Made by a program: the position numbers and the translations under genes
Notes under the pieces: model-generated
Seen by the model: the letters and a program-made list of their open reading frames with translations, nothing else
Told to the model about the DNA's origin: nothing
Database searches by the model: none
Sequence record: SRR31156797_1603
Length of the DNA: 63,605 nt
Strand: one strand, 5' to 3'
Shown: piece after piece, positions 20,554-31,164 of the stretch
Position numbering within the stretch: position 1 is the first letter of the stretch
Layout of the letters: every line of letters begins with the position of its first letter

Positions 20554-21033
20554 ATGAAACCGATCATTAAAGAAACCTTACAGAAAAAAACAACGACTTC
20601 AGCGAAGCTTCGCTACTTAGCCTATGCCTATAAAGAGTGGTTGATCGCGATCACGCTGTTTGTGGTGTTTGCTGGTTCAATCACTTATTCTCTGACACGT
20701 CCGCAAGAAGAAGTAGTCAATGCCGCCATTGTCACTGAAACAGCAATGGACCCTGCGGTGCAAAGTGAATTGGAAGCAGCCGTTGAAGCATGGGCAATAG
20801 ACCAAGGGTATCAAAAAGAAGAGCTGAGGATCAGCCTGGTTTCTTATGCCGAACCAGCCGCTGTCCAAGCCTTTACCACCCGTCTTGCCGCTGGTGCGAT
20901 CCAAATGGTCGTTTTTCCAGCCAGCGAAGCACAAACGTGGCAAGAGCGCTTTGGCAGCCAAGAACTAGCGCAAGAAATCATTACAGTGGGAGAAAATGAA
21001 TTTATCCTGCAAGTCACGAATAAAGAAAAATAA
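20554..21033 (+). CDS. membrane-anchored hypothetical protein
   Basis: AGGA RBS, TTGCAT-17-TAGACT promoter, single N-terminal TM followed by a small extracellular domain. Confidence 0.75.
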   Translation: MKPIIKETLQKKTTTSAKLRYLAYAYKEWLIAITLFVVFAGSITYSLTRPQEEVVNAAIVTETAMDPAVQSELEAAVEAWAIDQGYQKEELRISLVSYAEPAAVQAFTTRLAAGAIQMVVFPASEAQTWQERFGSQELAQEIITVGENEFILQVTNKEK

Positions 21034-21117
21034 ACAACTGTTTTGCCAGCTGACTGAATTGAACAAAAAGAGCCTACGTTGACAAAGAGCCATAATCAGG
21101 CGAATCGGAGGGAAAAA

Positions 21118-21852
21118 ATGACTTTACAAGTAGCAAACGTGACAGGCGGCTATAATCAGCTGCCAGTCTTAAAAAATATTGATTTTACGATCGGCGATGG
21201 GGAGCTCGTTGGCTTGATCGGCTTGAACGGGGCAGGGAAGAGTACGACGATCAAAGAAATCATCGGTTTACTGCAACCTCACAGCGGCACCATCACGATT
21301 GACGGCTTGACCCTTAAAGAAAACCCAGAGCAATACCGCAAACAAATCGGGTATATCCCCGAAACCCCTTCTTTATATGAAGAATTGACCTTAAGAGAGC
21401 ACATTGAAGTGACGGCGATGGCCTACGATCTTCCACAAGAAGAAGCCATGAAGCGAGCAGAACGCCTGCTAAAAACCTTTCGCTTAGAAAACAAACTCGA
21501 TTGGTTCCCGGCAAACTTTTCAAAAGGGATGAAACAAAAAGTCATGGTACTGTGTGCCTTTTTGATTGAGCCGAGTGTCTACATCATTGATGAACCCTTT
21601 CTAGGATTAGATCCTTTAGCGATCAATGCGTTATTGGAACTGATGAATGAGATGAAACAAACCGGGGCATCTATTTTGATGTCCACCCACATTTTAGCAA
21701 CCGCAGAGAAGTATTGTGACAAATTCATCCTCTTGCATAACGGTGAGATCCGCGCACAAGGGACATTGGCGGAACTAAGAAGCCAATTTCAAGCACCAGA
21801 AGCCTCCCTTGATGATCTGTACCTCGCACTGACAAAGGAGAGTCAAGCATGA
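21118..21852 (+). CDS. ecsA: ABC transporter ATP-binding protein EcsA
   Basis: GLNGAGKST, FSKGMKQK and IIDEP motifs; hit-ecsAB synteny. Confidence 0.9.
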   Translation: MTLQVANVTGGYNQLPVLKNIDFTIGDGELVGLIGLNGAGKSTTIKEIIGLLQPHSGTITIDGLTLKENPEQYRKQIGYIPETPSLYEELTLREHIEVTAMAYDLPQEEAMKRAERLLKTFRLENKLDWFPANFSKGMKQKVMVLCAFLIEPSVYIIDEPFLGLDPLAINALLELMNEMKQTGASILMSTHILATAEKYCDKFILLHNGEIRAQGTLAELRSQFQAPEASLDDLYLALTKESQA

Positions 21853-23060
21853 AGCAGTTTTTCTCGCAACGCTTACAGCGGCATCAAAAACAGATGACAC
21901 GCTATTTGCGCTATGTCTTCAATGATCATTTTGCTTTGATCAGCACCTTCTTAGTCGGAGGTCTGGGGCTCTATTATTCTGAATTGCTAAAAACATTGCC
22001 GCGGCCGTTTCCATTAGGCGGCATCATCGTGGTCGCTGTTTGGCTCTTTGTTTTACCGCTGGGACGCTTAGCGACACTGACGAAACCGGCAGATTTGATT
22101 TTTCTGTTAGCCAAAGAAGGACAAATGACAAGTTATCTCAGCCAAGCGTTACGTTATTCCCTCTGGCTGCCCTTTGGGGTTTTATTTTTAGCCGTAGGGG
22201 CAACGATGCCTTTGGTCGTGGTCACAGCAAACAGCACCTTTGCCTCATTCCCATACTTTTTAGGGATGATGTGGCTCTTAAAACTGGGGGATCTTTCACT
22301 ACAACGGATTCGTTTGTATCAAGAAACTCAGCAGCAAGTCAAACAGCAGCGAGGCATCTGGTTCGCAAGTACGTTTGCTGCCACACTTGCCAGTATTTAT
22401 GTAGCACCTTGGCTAGGATTGGGGATCAGCATCCTCCAAGCAATCTGGTTCCTCTTTGGACTGAAAGCCAATAGCCAGCTTTTGGATTGGGACTATATGA
22501 TCCAAGCCGAACAGTCGCGCTTAATGCGTATCTATCGTTTTATCAACTTATTTACAGATGTTCCCCAAATCACGACGGAAGCCAAACGGCGCAAATACCT
22601 CGACTGGCTGCTGGCAAAGATCAAACCAGTGCACAGCAATACGTACCTCTATCTTTACTTGCGCCGAGTGATCCGTGGGGGGCAATATGGCGGGCTTTAT
22701 GTCCGTTTGACTTTGATTGGTGGGTTCGTCTTATTCTTTGTCGATGAGCTTTGGATCAGTCTGCTGATCGGCTGCTTGTTTCTTTATCTGATCGGTTTCC
22801 AACTGATTCCTTTGATCAATGAGTTTCAATACATGGTTTTGACACATCTGTATCCCGTGCCAGAAAAACAAAAAGCCGCAGCGATCAAAAAAATTCTTGG
22901 GGCACTCTTACTGGTGACCGCAGTTCTTTTCGGTGTGATCTGTTGCTTGCGCTTGCCTTTTATTTGGCAAGGCGGTATCGCGTTTCTTGGCTTCTTAGGG
23001 TTTGCGGGTCTTTTTTTAGGCATCTACTTGCCAGGGCGATTAAAGAAAATGCACGCCTGA
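21849..23060 (+). CDS. ecsB: ABC transporter permease EcsB
   Basis: RYLRYVFNDHF and FINLFTDVP motifs; multi-TM. Confidence 0.9.
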   Translation: MKQFFSQRLQRHQKQMTRYLRYVFNDHFALISTFLVGGLGLYYSELLKTLPRPFPLGGIIVVAVWLFVLPLGRLATLTKPADLIFLLAKEGQMTSYLSQALRYSLWLPFGVLFLAVGATMPLVVVTANSTFASFPYFLGMMWLLKLGDLSLQRIRLYQETQQQVKQQRGIWFASTFAATLASIYVAPWLGLGISILQAIWFLFGLKANSQLLDWDYMIQAEQSRLMRIYRFINLFTDVPQITTEAKRRKYLDWLLAKIKPVHSNTYLYLYLRRVIRGGQYGGLYVRLTLIGGFVLFFVDELWISLLIGCLFLYLIGFQLIPLINEFQYMVLTHLYPVPEKQKAAAIKKILGALLLVTAVLFGVICCLRLPFIWQGGIAFLGFLGFAGLFLGIYLPGRLKKMHA

Positions 23061-23164
23061 TCCACAAGTGGCCTCTCTTACAAAAAGCGAACGCATATGC
23101 GCTTGACGGCGACCCATTAGGAAGCTAGAATAAGAGGTACTGCGAAATAAGGAGAGAAGCTAGG

Positions 23165-23944
23165 ATGGATATTCGCTTGGATCAAGATTGGCGTATGCGG
23201 CCAATCAAAGGCGACACCGGGAAAGCCTATATCGGGCTCAAGGACAACGACAAAGTCTTTATCAAACGAAATACGACCCCGATGCTTGCGGCACTCTCTA
23301 AAGAGGGCATTGCACCCAAACTCGTCTGGACGAAACGGACGGGAAATGGGGATACGCTCTCCGCACAAGAATGGCTGGATGGACGGGTCTTAGATCCCGA
23401 TGAAATCGGCCAAAGAAATGATGTCATTGATGTGTTGTATCACTTGCATCATTCAAAAACGTTGGCACAGATGCTAAGCAAAATCGGCGGACAAGTCAGA
23501 TCGCCTGAACAGATGCTGATGGATTATCAGGATCAGCTGCCTTCTGCGGTCGCCCAAAACCGTTTTATTCATTTGGTCACCGAGTATTTAAAAACCAATA
23601 TTCCAGCTTTTGACGAGCAGAAAGCCGCGGTCGTCCATGGCGATGTCAATTATCGAAATTGGCTAGTTTGTCAAAACTATTTGTATTTAGTCGATTGGGA
23701 TTCCGTGATGTTTGCAGATCCGGCAATCGATATCGGCACTATTTTAGGTCACTATGTGCCATTATCTGGCTGGTCTCATTGGCTCGTGCGCTATGGTATC
23801 CACAGCAGCAGCGAAGTGATCGAAAAGATTTATTGGTACGCATTGTTGAGTATGCTGCAAGAGGTCAAAAAATATTATCTGCGAGGCGATTACAAAGCCA
23901 TGAATGCAGAGATTTTACAATTAAAACGAATTTATAGCGAATGA
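23165..23944 (+). CDS. ccrZ: choline-kinase-like phosphotransferase, CcrZ/YtmP
   Basis: HGD and LVDWD kinase motifs; conserved position between ecsB and trmB; TTGACG-17-TAGAAT promoter. Confidence 0.85.
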   Translation: MDIRLDQDWRMRPIKGDTGKAYIGLKDNDKVFIKRNTTPMLAALSKEGIAPKLVWTKRTGNGDTLSAQEWLDGRVLDPDEIGQRNDVIDVLYHLHHSKTLAQMLSKIGGQVRSPEQMLMDYQDQLPSAVAQNRFIHLVTEYLKTNIPAFDEQKAAVVHGDVNYRNWLVCQNYLYLVDWDSVMFADPAIDIGTILGHYVPLSGWSHWLVRYGIHSSSEVIEKIYWYALLSMLQEVKKYYLRGDYKAMNAEILQLKRIYSE

Positions 23945-24001
23945 AGAGAAGATGGAGCGAGGCAATTTGGTTCCATCTTGTTTTTTCGGAAAGGAAGAAA
24001 C

Positions 24002-24658
24002 ATGAGAGTAAGAAAACGTGCAGGTGCAAAAGAGCTGATTGACGCTCATCCAGAATACGTCGTGGCAGAGCCTACTGAATGGAAAGGGCGTTGGCATGAA
24101 CGCTTTGGCAATGATCACCCGCTGCATATCGAAATTGGAATGGGAAAAGGCCAATTTATTACGGAAATGGCGAAAGCTCATCCCGAGATCAATTATATTG
24201 GTGTGGAAATGCAGATTAGTGTCGTTTCGATCGCATTAGATAAAATGATCGAGCAGGAGATCCCGAACTTGCAACTGCTGCATGTCGATGGTTCCGCATT
24301 GACCAACTATTTTGCAGACAATGAAGTAGACCAGATCTATTTGAATTTTTCTGATCCATGGCCTAAGAAGAAGCATGAGAAGCGCCGTTTGACTTCCAAA
24401 GCCTTTTTAGCAGTCGACGAGCAGATTTTACGTCCCAACGGCGAGATCCATTTCAAAACGGATAACCAAGGATTGTTTGAGTATTCCTTAGCGAGCTTTT
24501 CTCAATACGGCATGATTATCAAACAAGTTTGGTTGGACTTGCATAACAGTTCCTTTGAGAACAATATCATGACGGAATATGAAGAAAAATTCTCAAGCCG
24601 CGGGCAGCGGATCTATCGGGTGGAAGCCCAATTTGTGGCAAAAGAACCACAGAAATAA
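24002..24658 (+). CDS. trmB: tRNA (guanine-N7)-methyltransferase
   Basis: [24 protein letters not shown] and TEYE motifs. Confidence 0.97.
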   Translation: MRVRKRAGAKELIDAHPEYVVAEPTEWKGRWHERFGNDHPLHIEIGMGKGQFITEMAKAHPEINYIGVEMQISVVSIALDKMIEQEIPNLQLLHVDGSALTNYFADNEVDQIYLNFSDPWPKKKHEKRRLTSKAFLAVDEQILRPNGEIHFKTDNQGLFEYSLASFSQYGMIIKQVWLDLHNSSFENNIMTEYEEKFSSRGQRIYRVEAQFVAKEPQK

Positions 24659-24668
24659 ACGAATGATG

Positions 24669-24701
24669 AAAGATGAAGCAAATTTGCTTCATCTTTTTTT
24701 T
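24669..24701 (+). terminator. terminator after trmB
   Basis: AAAGATGAAGCA/TGCTTCATCTTT stem plus T-run. Confidence 0.8.
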
Positions 24702-24746
24702 CTATTCTCAAAGCGTTTGCGTATTTCTTTTTAGGAGGGATAAGTC

Positions 24747-25709
24747 GTGGATATTCGAGCATTCTCAGACGAGTTGATTCTTTATGGAAGACAAGAACGC
24801 ATGCAGGATCTGTCCATTTTGCCTAGCGGTACACAGATGGAGGTGATTTTCAGTAAAAGCTATCTCAGAAAGACCTATCAAGTACTGACCAACGAAGAAG
24901 CTCAGCAGCTGATCACCCGCTTCAAATTTTTAGGAGGAATGGAGGTGGGAGAACGGCGCAAAGCTCAGTTAGGCGCAGTCAGCTATCTGTTAGGCGATCA
25001 GCTACAGCGGTTGCGCGTCTCAACGGTGGGTGATTATCAAGGGCGTGAAAGTCTCGTGATGCGGTTTCTTTATCCTTTGAACAAGGAGCATCTGCGCTAT
25101 TTTTTTGCAGAAGACGTCCAGCAGATCCAACAGACAACCAAACAAAGAGGCCTATATTTATTTTCTGGTCCCACTGGCTCAGGAAAATCGACCCTCATGT
25201 ATCAATTAGCACGGGCAACCAAGGGACAAGTCATTACCATCGAAGATCCTGTGGAGATTGAAGAGCCGCATTTTTTGCAGCTGCAGACCAATTTGAAAAT
25301 CGGACAAGACTATGATGAATTGATTCGCTTGTCTTTACGGCATCGTCCGGACCTGCTTTTGATTGGCGAGATCCGTAACAAAGAGACGGCGCAAGCCGCT
25401 GTACGAGCCGCTCTGACAGGTCATCGAGTATTTGCCACGATCCATGCACGAGGCGTAGCAGAAACCAAGACACGGCTGCTGGAATTGCTAGGGGCAGACG
25501 ATCTTCTGGCGCACGCGTTGCAAGGGATCGTTTATCAGCGATTGTTGCCGAATGAAGTCAACGAACCCCATGGATTGCTGGCGTATCACTTTTATGAGGG
25601 GCAAGTGGAAAAACAGTGGCAGCACGTATTAAAACGAGTGAAAGAAAGTGGGTGGATCACCGATGAAGTTTATGAAAAAGAAGCCCCAGCTACCACGCCG
25701 TGCAACTGA
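24747..25709 (+). CDS. comGA: competence pilus ATPase
   Basis: GPTGSGKST, TIEDPVE, LRHRPDLLLIGEIR and TGH motifs. Confidence 0.93.
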   Translation: MDIRAFSDELILYGRQERMQDLSILPSGTQMEVIFSKSYLRKTYQVLTNEEAQQLITRFKFLGGMEVGERRKAQLGAVSYLLGDQLQRLRVSTVGDYQGRESLVMRFLYPLNKEHLRYFFAEDVQQIQQTTKQRGLYLFSGPTGSGKSTLMYQLARATKGQVITIEDPVEIEEPHFLQLQTNLKIGQDYDELIRLSLRHRPDLLLIGEIRNKETAQAAVRAALTGHRVFATIHARGVAETKTRLLELLGADDLLAHALQGIVYQRLLPNEVNEPHGLLAYHFYEGQVEKQWQHVLKRVKESGWITDEVYEKEAPATTPCN

Positions 25710-26691
25710 AGCCCTCTTGGTCACCTTCACGGTGTTATTGGAGAGTGGCTTTTCCCTACAAGAAAGCCTCCAAGTGTTGCTGCGCAGTCGCCAGTTTTCT
25801 GAACCTGTGATCGAACAGCTGATTGCCCATCTTGCCCAAGGGCAAAGCTTGGCAGCAGCAGTAGCGCCGTTGTCTTTATCGGCTACCGAAAAAAATCAGC
25901 TTTATTTAGCAGAAAGTCATGGGAATCTCACGACGACCTTGCGGCGGATGGTCGACTACCACAAATTGGTCAACAAGCAAAAACAGCTGCTGTACAAAGT
26001 AGCGGCCTATCCGCTTTTGCTACTGGTCTTTTTAGTGGCGGCTCTCTTTGGCATGCATCGCTTTTTAATGCCTCAATTGTTAGCCTCTGGCATGATCGAC
26101 GAAGGTCATTGGGGCATTCGCGCCATCACTTGGGCACCAGCAGTACTTATCCTCTTCTTGTTGGTAAGTGTGCTGCTTTTTGTGATCAGCCGCTGGGTAT
26201 TTGCCCGCCGCACTGCCTTGCAAAAAGCTGTATTCTTCAGCCACCTGCCATTGTTCGGAGCATTGTACACGAGTTATCACACGAGTTTTTTCGCATTGGA
26301 ATGGGGCAAGTTGTTTCAGCAAGGGTTAGATATCCAACAGATCATTGAGTGTATGGAGCACACCAATAAAGCTACCTTGATCCAAGAATTAGCGCGAGAG
26401 TTGCGAGTGACCTTGACACTTGGCGGAGAACTCCCAGAAAAACTTCGTCATTTCTCGTTTCTCACACCAGAATTTTCTTTGATCGTCTTTCAAGGAGAAG
26501 TACGGGGAAAGTTAGGAGAAGAGCTTTTTTTATACAGTCAATTATTGATGGATCGCTTGTTTCAACGAATCGAAAAAGCTATTCACTGGGTTCAGCCTCT
26601 GATTTTTTTGTTGGTTGCTTTAATGATCGTTGGGATCTATGCCGCTATGTTTTTACCAATCTATGGAAATATCCAAGGAGTGATCGAATGA
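25663..26691 (+). CDS. comGB: competence pilus assembly membrane protein
   Basis: GspF-like (LLESGFSL, AESHG, YP, GE, QP motifs). Confidence 0.92.
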   Translation: MKFMKKKPQLPRRATEALLVTFTVLLESGFSLQESLQVLLRSRQFSEPVIEQLIAHLAQGQSLAAAVAPLSLSATEKNQLYLAESHGNLTTTLRRMVDYHKLVNKQKQLLYKVAAYPLLLLVFLVAALFGMHRFLMPQLLASGMIDEGHWGIRAITWAPAVLILFLLVSVLLFVISRWVFARRTALQKAVFFSHLPLFGALYTSYHTSFFALEWGKLFQQGLDIQQIIECMEHTNKATLIQELARELRVTLTLGGELPEKLRHFSFLTPEFSLIVFQGEVRGKLGEELFLYSQLLMDRLFQRIEKAIHWVQPLIFLLVALMIVGIYAAMFLPIYGNIQGVIE

Positions 26692-26993
26692 TAGAAAAGA
26701 AAGTCGCATCTTCTCGCAAGCAGGGGATTTGGCGTGTCAAAAAAGGCTTTACATTGGTTGAAATGTTGGTTGTTTTATTAGTGATCAGTATTTTGGTTTT
26801 GTTGTTTGTCCCAAATCTTGCCAAGCAAAGAGGAATCATTGATGAGAAAGGAAATGCGGCCATCGTGAAAGTGGTGGAAACCCAGATCGAACTCTTTCGT
26901 CTGAATGAAAATCGGGAGCCCTCGAGAGAAGAATTGATCGCTGAAGGGTATGTATCTGAGGAGCAATATGCGATTTATGAGCAAGGGGACTAA
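26688..26993 (+). CDS. comGC: major competence pilin
   Basis: Prepilin motif KGFTLVEMLVVL. Confidence 0.93.
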   Translation: MIEKKVASSRKQGIWRVKKGFTLVEMLVVLLVISILVLLFVPNLAKQRGIIDEKGNAAIVKVVETQIELFRLNENREPSREELIAEGYVSEEQYAIYEQGD

Positions 26994-27441
26994 GGGCTGT
27001 CGACGTTGCTCTTTTGCTGGTTTTACTTTAATAGAAAGCCTTTTGGTCCTCATGGTCAGTAGTATGTTTCTCTTTTTTCCCGTCGTGGCCATCGAGTACT
27101 ATCAACGATCTGCTGAAGTCTTAGGCTTTTGTGCACGCTTAGAAAAAGGCCTCTATACCATACAGCAATCGGCCATCATCGATAACACACAAACCCGAGC
27201 CGTTTATCAAGCAGCGCCAACGCCAACTGTTTCATTTTATGGCGCTGCAACTGAGCCGGTCACCAAGATCGAAGTCCCTCCTCAACTAGCGATGCAGGCG
27301 TTTCCCGATATTCTTTTTAGTAGTCAGTCCGGCAACAATAGCAGTCTGCGAAGGATCGTTTTCTATTGGCAGGAGAAAAAGCAAACCATCAGCTATAAGT
27401 TTTTATTTGGGAGCGGACGCTATGAAAAAATCGTTGAATAG
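26968..27441 (+). CDS. comGD: minor competence pilin
   Basis: AGFTLIESLLVL prepilin motif; start approximate. Confidence 0.85.
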   Translation: MRFMSKGTKGCRRCSFAGFTLIESLLVLMVSSMFLFFPVVAIEYYQRSAEVLGFCARLEKGLYTIQQSAIIDNTQTRAVYQAAPTPTVSFYGAATEPVTKIEVPPQLAMQAFPDILFSSQSGNNSSLRRIVFYWQEKKQTISYKFLFGSGRYEKIVE

Positions 27442-27736
27442 CGGGTTCATCTTAGCAGAAAGCCTGATTGGCTTTGGGGTGTTGGCAACCTGTGTGTTAT
27501 TGTTTTTAGCGATGCAGACCGCTTCACTGACGCAAAGTGCGGCATTGCAGGAAAAAGCCCAAATGCTGCGGGTGCTGTATGAAGAAGTCCAGAACCACTC
27601 CTTTGATGCGTCAACCATTACCTACACGACGCAGCGTCAGACGGTCTATCAAGTTCGCTTTTGGCAAGCAGCGCAGCATCAACAGGCACGCATCCAAAGT
27701 GGCGAACAGCTCTGGGAGATTGTGTATGAAGAGTAA
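27422..27736 (+). CDS. comGE: minor competence pilin
   Basis: SGFILAESLIGF prepilin motif and operon position. Confidence 0.8.
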   Translation: MKKSLNSGFILAESLIGFGVLATCVLLFLAMQTASLTQSAALQEKAQMLRVLYEEVQNHSFDASTITYTTQRQTVYQVRFWQAAQHQQARIQSGEQLWEIVYEE

Positions 27737-28151
27737 AGGCTTTACTTTGTTGGAGTGTCTGTTGTCTTTATGGGTATTGGCGATCTGCTTATTGATGATC
27801 AGCGGGATCGTCAAGCACCTCGCACCGGTCAATCAGCAGATCATGGCTCGCAAAGATCAAGAATGGCATGTTTTTTTGTTTCAGTTGGAACGGGAATTAA
27901 GTACCTGTGTCTATCTATCAGTCAGCGAGAACACGCTATATTTGCGAAGCAGTCAAAACAATTCGGTAACGATCGATCGCATCAACCGCGTGTTGCGGAA
28001 ACGGGACAACAATGGCTATCAACCGTTGTTGACAGAAGTGGCAGATGTGTCTTTTGAGAAAATTGGCGCAGCGATCCGCTTTACCGTTTCCTTTGAGAAT
28101 GGAGACCAGAAAATTGGACAATGGAAAATACACTCACAAGAGGCGGCATAA
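27726..28151 (+). CDS. comGF: minor competence pilin
   Basis: KGFTLLECLLSL, EWHVFLFQLEREL and GYQPLL motifs. Confidence 0.88.
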   Translation: MKSKGFTLLECLLSLWVLAICLLMISGIVKHLAPVNQQIMARKDQEWHVFLFQLERELSTCVYLSVSENTLYLRSSQNNSVTIDRINRVLRKRDNNGYQPLLTEVADVSFEKIGAAIRFTVSFENGDQKIGQWKIHSQEAA

Positions 28152-28485
28152 AGGCGGTATTTTACTCACAGCATTGTTGTTTGTGCAGCTGTTGAGCTTG
28201 ATGTTATTGCTGGTGTTAGAAAACAGCCGCACAACAGCCCTTTTTTATACAAAAACCATTGAAACCTATGAAGCCCGTATTATGAGTGAACTTTTCCATG
28301 CGGAATTCTTGCAAAACGAGTTGGAAGATCGAGGGACACGGTTTTATAATGTAGGAAAGTTGACTTATGAACGGCAAGGACAGAGCTTACAGATCGAATG
28401 CTATGTCAAAAGTCGGCGATTTACTTTTACCTTTTTGTTGCCTGAAGAGCAGCCTGAAATAGACACAGATGACCAAGAAGAATAG
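28114..28485 (+). CDS. comGG: minor competence pilin
   Basis: KGGILLTALLF motif lacking Glu5, last in the operon; start 28099 or 28114. Confidence 0.8.
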   Translation: MDNGKYTHKRRHKGGILLTALLFVQLLSLMLLLVLENSRTTALFYTKTIETYEARIMSELFHAEFLQNELEDRGTRFYNVGKLTYERQGQSLQIECYVKSRRFTFTFLLPEEQPEIDTDDQEE

Positions 28486-28491
28486 TACAGG

Positions 28492-28521
28492 AAAAGGATG
28501 GTTGTTTCGACCATCCTTTTT
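28492..28521 (+). terminator. terminator of the comG operon
   Basis: AAAAGGATGGT/ACCATCCTTTT stem. Confidence 0.8.
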
Positions 28522-28652
28522 CATACAGAAATAGAAAAAGAATGTTTACAGCTTCACAAATTATTCTAAACGAAAGCGATTGATTATTTTGGATGAATCG
28601 GCTAAAATTAAACAGGTATATATGTTGTTATAGTTTTGAAAAGAGGTGCAAG

Positions 28653-29657
28653 ATGTCCGCAGAAAAAATGGAAACGTCTTTTCATTTGACCGTTGAAGCG
28701 ATCCAACTGCTTCAAAACGCATTGGAAACGTCTTTTTTTGATGCTTACGTAGAGACGATCGAAAATTTTGTTGATCAATACCAAGTTCGCGTGATCGATG
28801 GGGTACCAGATGAAGCAACTGCTGCTCGTTTAGAAACCATCTATCAAGAAATTCGAGCAATGGAACTATCGGCAGAAGAAAAACGCAAGCTTGCGCAGTT
28901 GGTTTTGTTGAAAGGCAGCCAAACGGAGCGCCTGCAGGCCAATCACCAACTGACACCAGATAGTCTTGGGTTTTTATTCGTCTATTTGATCGAGCAGTTG
29001 AGTAGTGCCGATCAACCAGTGAAACTTCTTGATTTATCGGTAGGCATGGGGAATCTCTTATTGACAGTCTTGCTGAATCTGCAATTAGCCAAGCGTCCAG
29101 TAGAAGGAACCGGTGTGGATATTGACGAAACCTTGTTGGCGATCGCAGCTGCAACTGGCGAATGGACCAAAGCGCCCTTGCATTTGTTCCATCAAGATGG
29201 CTTGCAAGAGCTTTTGATCGAACCGATGGATCTGGCGATCAGCGATCTACCGGTGGGCTATTACCCACAAGATGACAAAGCCCGCAGCTTTATTACGGCG
29301 GCTCCAGAAGGACACAGTTACGCCCATCATTTGTTGATGGAACAAGCGATGAACTATGTCAAAGCTGGCGGTTACGGTTTGTTCTTACTACCAAGCAATT
29401 TCTTGGAAACGGAACAGAGTGAATTTTTGAAAAAATGGCTGAAAGAAAAGGTTTATTTGCAAGGAATGATTCAGCTTCCTGAAGAACTCTTTAAAAATGA
29501 ACATTCACGTAAAAGTATATTGCTTTTACAAAACCACGGAGGGACAAGCAAACAAGCAGAAGAAGTCTTGCTGGTCAAGCTAGCCTCACTGAAAGAACCA
29601 AAGAACATCACAAAACTTTTTGAACAATTTGCGGCTTGGAAAGCAGCAAATCTGTAA
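28653..29657 (+). CDS. ytxK: class I SAM-dependent methyltransferase (YtxK family)
   Basis: ANHQLTPD, DLPVGYYP and HSYAHHLL motifs; comG-ytxK-ackA synteny. Confidence 0.88.
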   Translation: MSAEKMETSFHLTVEAIQLLQNALETSFFDAYVETIENFVDQYQVRVIDGVPDEATAARLETIYQEIRAMELSAEEKRKLAQLVLLKGSQTERLQANHQLTPDSLGFLFVYLIEQLSSADQPVKLLDLSVGMGNLLLTVLLNLQLAKRPVEGTGVDIDETLLAIAAATGEWTKAPLHLFHQDGLQELLIEPMDLAISDLPVGYYPQDDKARSFITAAPEGHSYAHHLLMEQAMNYVKAGGYGLFLLPSNFLETEQSEFLKKWLKEKVYLQGMIQLPEELFKNEHSRKSILLLQNHGGTSKQAEEVLLVKLASLKEPKNITKLFEQFAAWKAANL

Positions 29658-29681
29658 TATAATTCGGATAAGGAGATCATC

Positions 29682-30866
29682 ATGTCAAAAACAATCGCAA
29701 TCAATGCTGGAAGTTCAAGTTTAAAATGGCAATTATATCAAATGCCAGAGGAAACAGTTGTCGCTAAAGGAATCGTTGAACGAATCGGTTTGAAAGATTC
29801 TATCTTTACCATCAAATATGGGGAAGATCAAAAATTCGAACAAATCATCGATATCAACGATCACGAAGTAGCTGTAAAAATGTTATTGGATCAACTGATC
29901 GAATTAAACATTTTAGGTGCTTATGATGAAATCACTGGCGTCGGTCACCGCGTCGTTCACGGCGGAGAAGATTTCCCTGATTCAGTTGTGATCACAGACG
30001 AAGTGATGGAACGCATCCAAGCATTGGCTGAATTTGCGCCATTACACAACCCAGCAAACTTGATGGGGATCACTGCTTTCAAAAAAATCTTGCCTGAAAT
30101 CATCAGTGTCGCTGTTTTTGATACTTCTTTCCATGCAACGATGCCAAAACACAATTACCTATACAGCTTGCCATTAGAGTACTATAACGAGTTTAAAGTA
30201 CGTAAATACGGCTTCCACGGTACAAGCCACCGTTATGTTTCTGAGCGTGCGGCAGAAATGTTAGGCAAACCAATCGAAGAATTAAAAATCATCACTTGCC
30301 ATCTAGGGAACGGTGCGTCGATCACTGCAGTTGACGGCGGAAAATCAGTAGATACATCAATGGGCTTCACGCCGTTAGCTGGTGTAACGATGGGAACACG
30401 TTCTGGTGATATCGATCCTGCTGTTTTGCCTTACTTAATGGAAAAATTAGATTTGAACATCGATGAAATGGTGGATGTTTTAAACAAAAAATCTGGTTTA
30501 TTAGGCTTAACTGGTATTTCCAGCGACATGCGCGATCTAGAAGCAAACTACGACAAAGAAGAAGTCAAAGTTGCTTATGACGTCTTTACTGACCGCATCC
30601 GTAAATACATCGGTGGCTATGTAACGACCATGAACGGTGTCGATGCGATCGTCTTTACTGCTGGTATCGGTGAAAATGATGCCCACGTCCGCAGCGAAGT
30701 TATCAAAGGCATGACTTGGTTTGGTTGCGAATTAGATGCCGATCAAAATGCAAAACGCGGCGAAGAATTAGTGATCTCAACTGAAGAGTCAAAAGTCAAA
30801 GTACTTTTGATCCCAACAGATGAAGAATTAATGATCGCTCGTGATGTGGAACGTTTACGCGGCTAA
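29682..30866 (+). CDS. ackA: acetate kinase
   Basis: [28 protein letters not shown] and TDEELMIA motifs. Confidence 0.98.
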   Translation: MSKTIAINAGSSSLKWQLYQMPEETVVAKGIVERIGLKDSIFTIKYGEDQKFEQIIDINDHEVAVKMLLDQLIELNILGAYDEITGVGHRVVHGGEDFPDSVVITDEVMERIQALAEFAPLHNPANLMGITAFKKILPEIISVAVFDTSFHATMPKHNYLYSLPLEYYNEFKVRKYGFHGTSHRYVSERAAEMLGKPIEELKIITCHLGNGASITAVDGGKSVDTSMGFTPLAGVTMGTRSGDIDPAVLPYLMEKLDLNIDEMVDVLNKKSGLLGLTGISSDMRDLEANYDKEEVKVAYDVFTDRIRKYIGGYVTTMNGVDAIVFTAGIGENDAHVRSEVIKGMTWFGCELDADQNAKRGEELVISTEESKVKVLLIPTDEELMIARDVERLRG

Positions 30867-30894
30867 GCGAAAACATTTCTTAGAATAGAAGCTG

Positions 30895-30931
30895 AAACAC
30901 ATGCAAGAGAAATGCTTGCATGTGTTTTTTT
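30895..30931 (+). terminator. terminator after ackA
   Basis: AAACACATGCAAG/CTTGCATGTGTTT stem plus T-run. Confidence 0.85.
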
Positions 30932-31164
30932 GTAGGAAAGTCCGCAAAACGGGACTAGAGAGAAAAATTGGTGAAGACCATTTTCTAATTTTTTAAACAG
31001 AAAATTTAATAATTATACATATGAAAATTGGCTCATACTGCACCTAGGTGGATGGCTTCTCATTTTGCTTTCATTTGAATTTAAATTTCCTTCCTTTTTT
31101 ACAAGATGTTCTCAGGGAAATACCCTTGTAAAAGTTGCCAAATGGGAATAAACTGGCATTTGTG

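Noticed and set aside
28571-28584. cre-like CGAAAGCGATTGAT upstream of ytxK-ackA
   Set aside because: At least three mismatches to the consensus.
31021-31047. Short ORF MKIGSYCT in the ackA-dtpT spacer
   Set aside because: No RBS and no associated attenuator.
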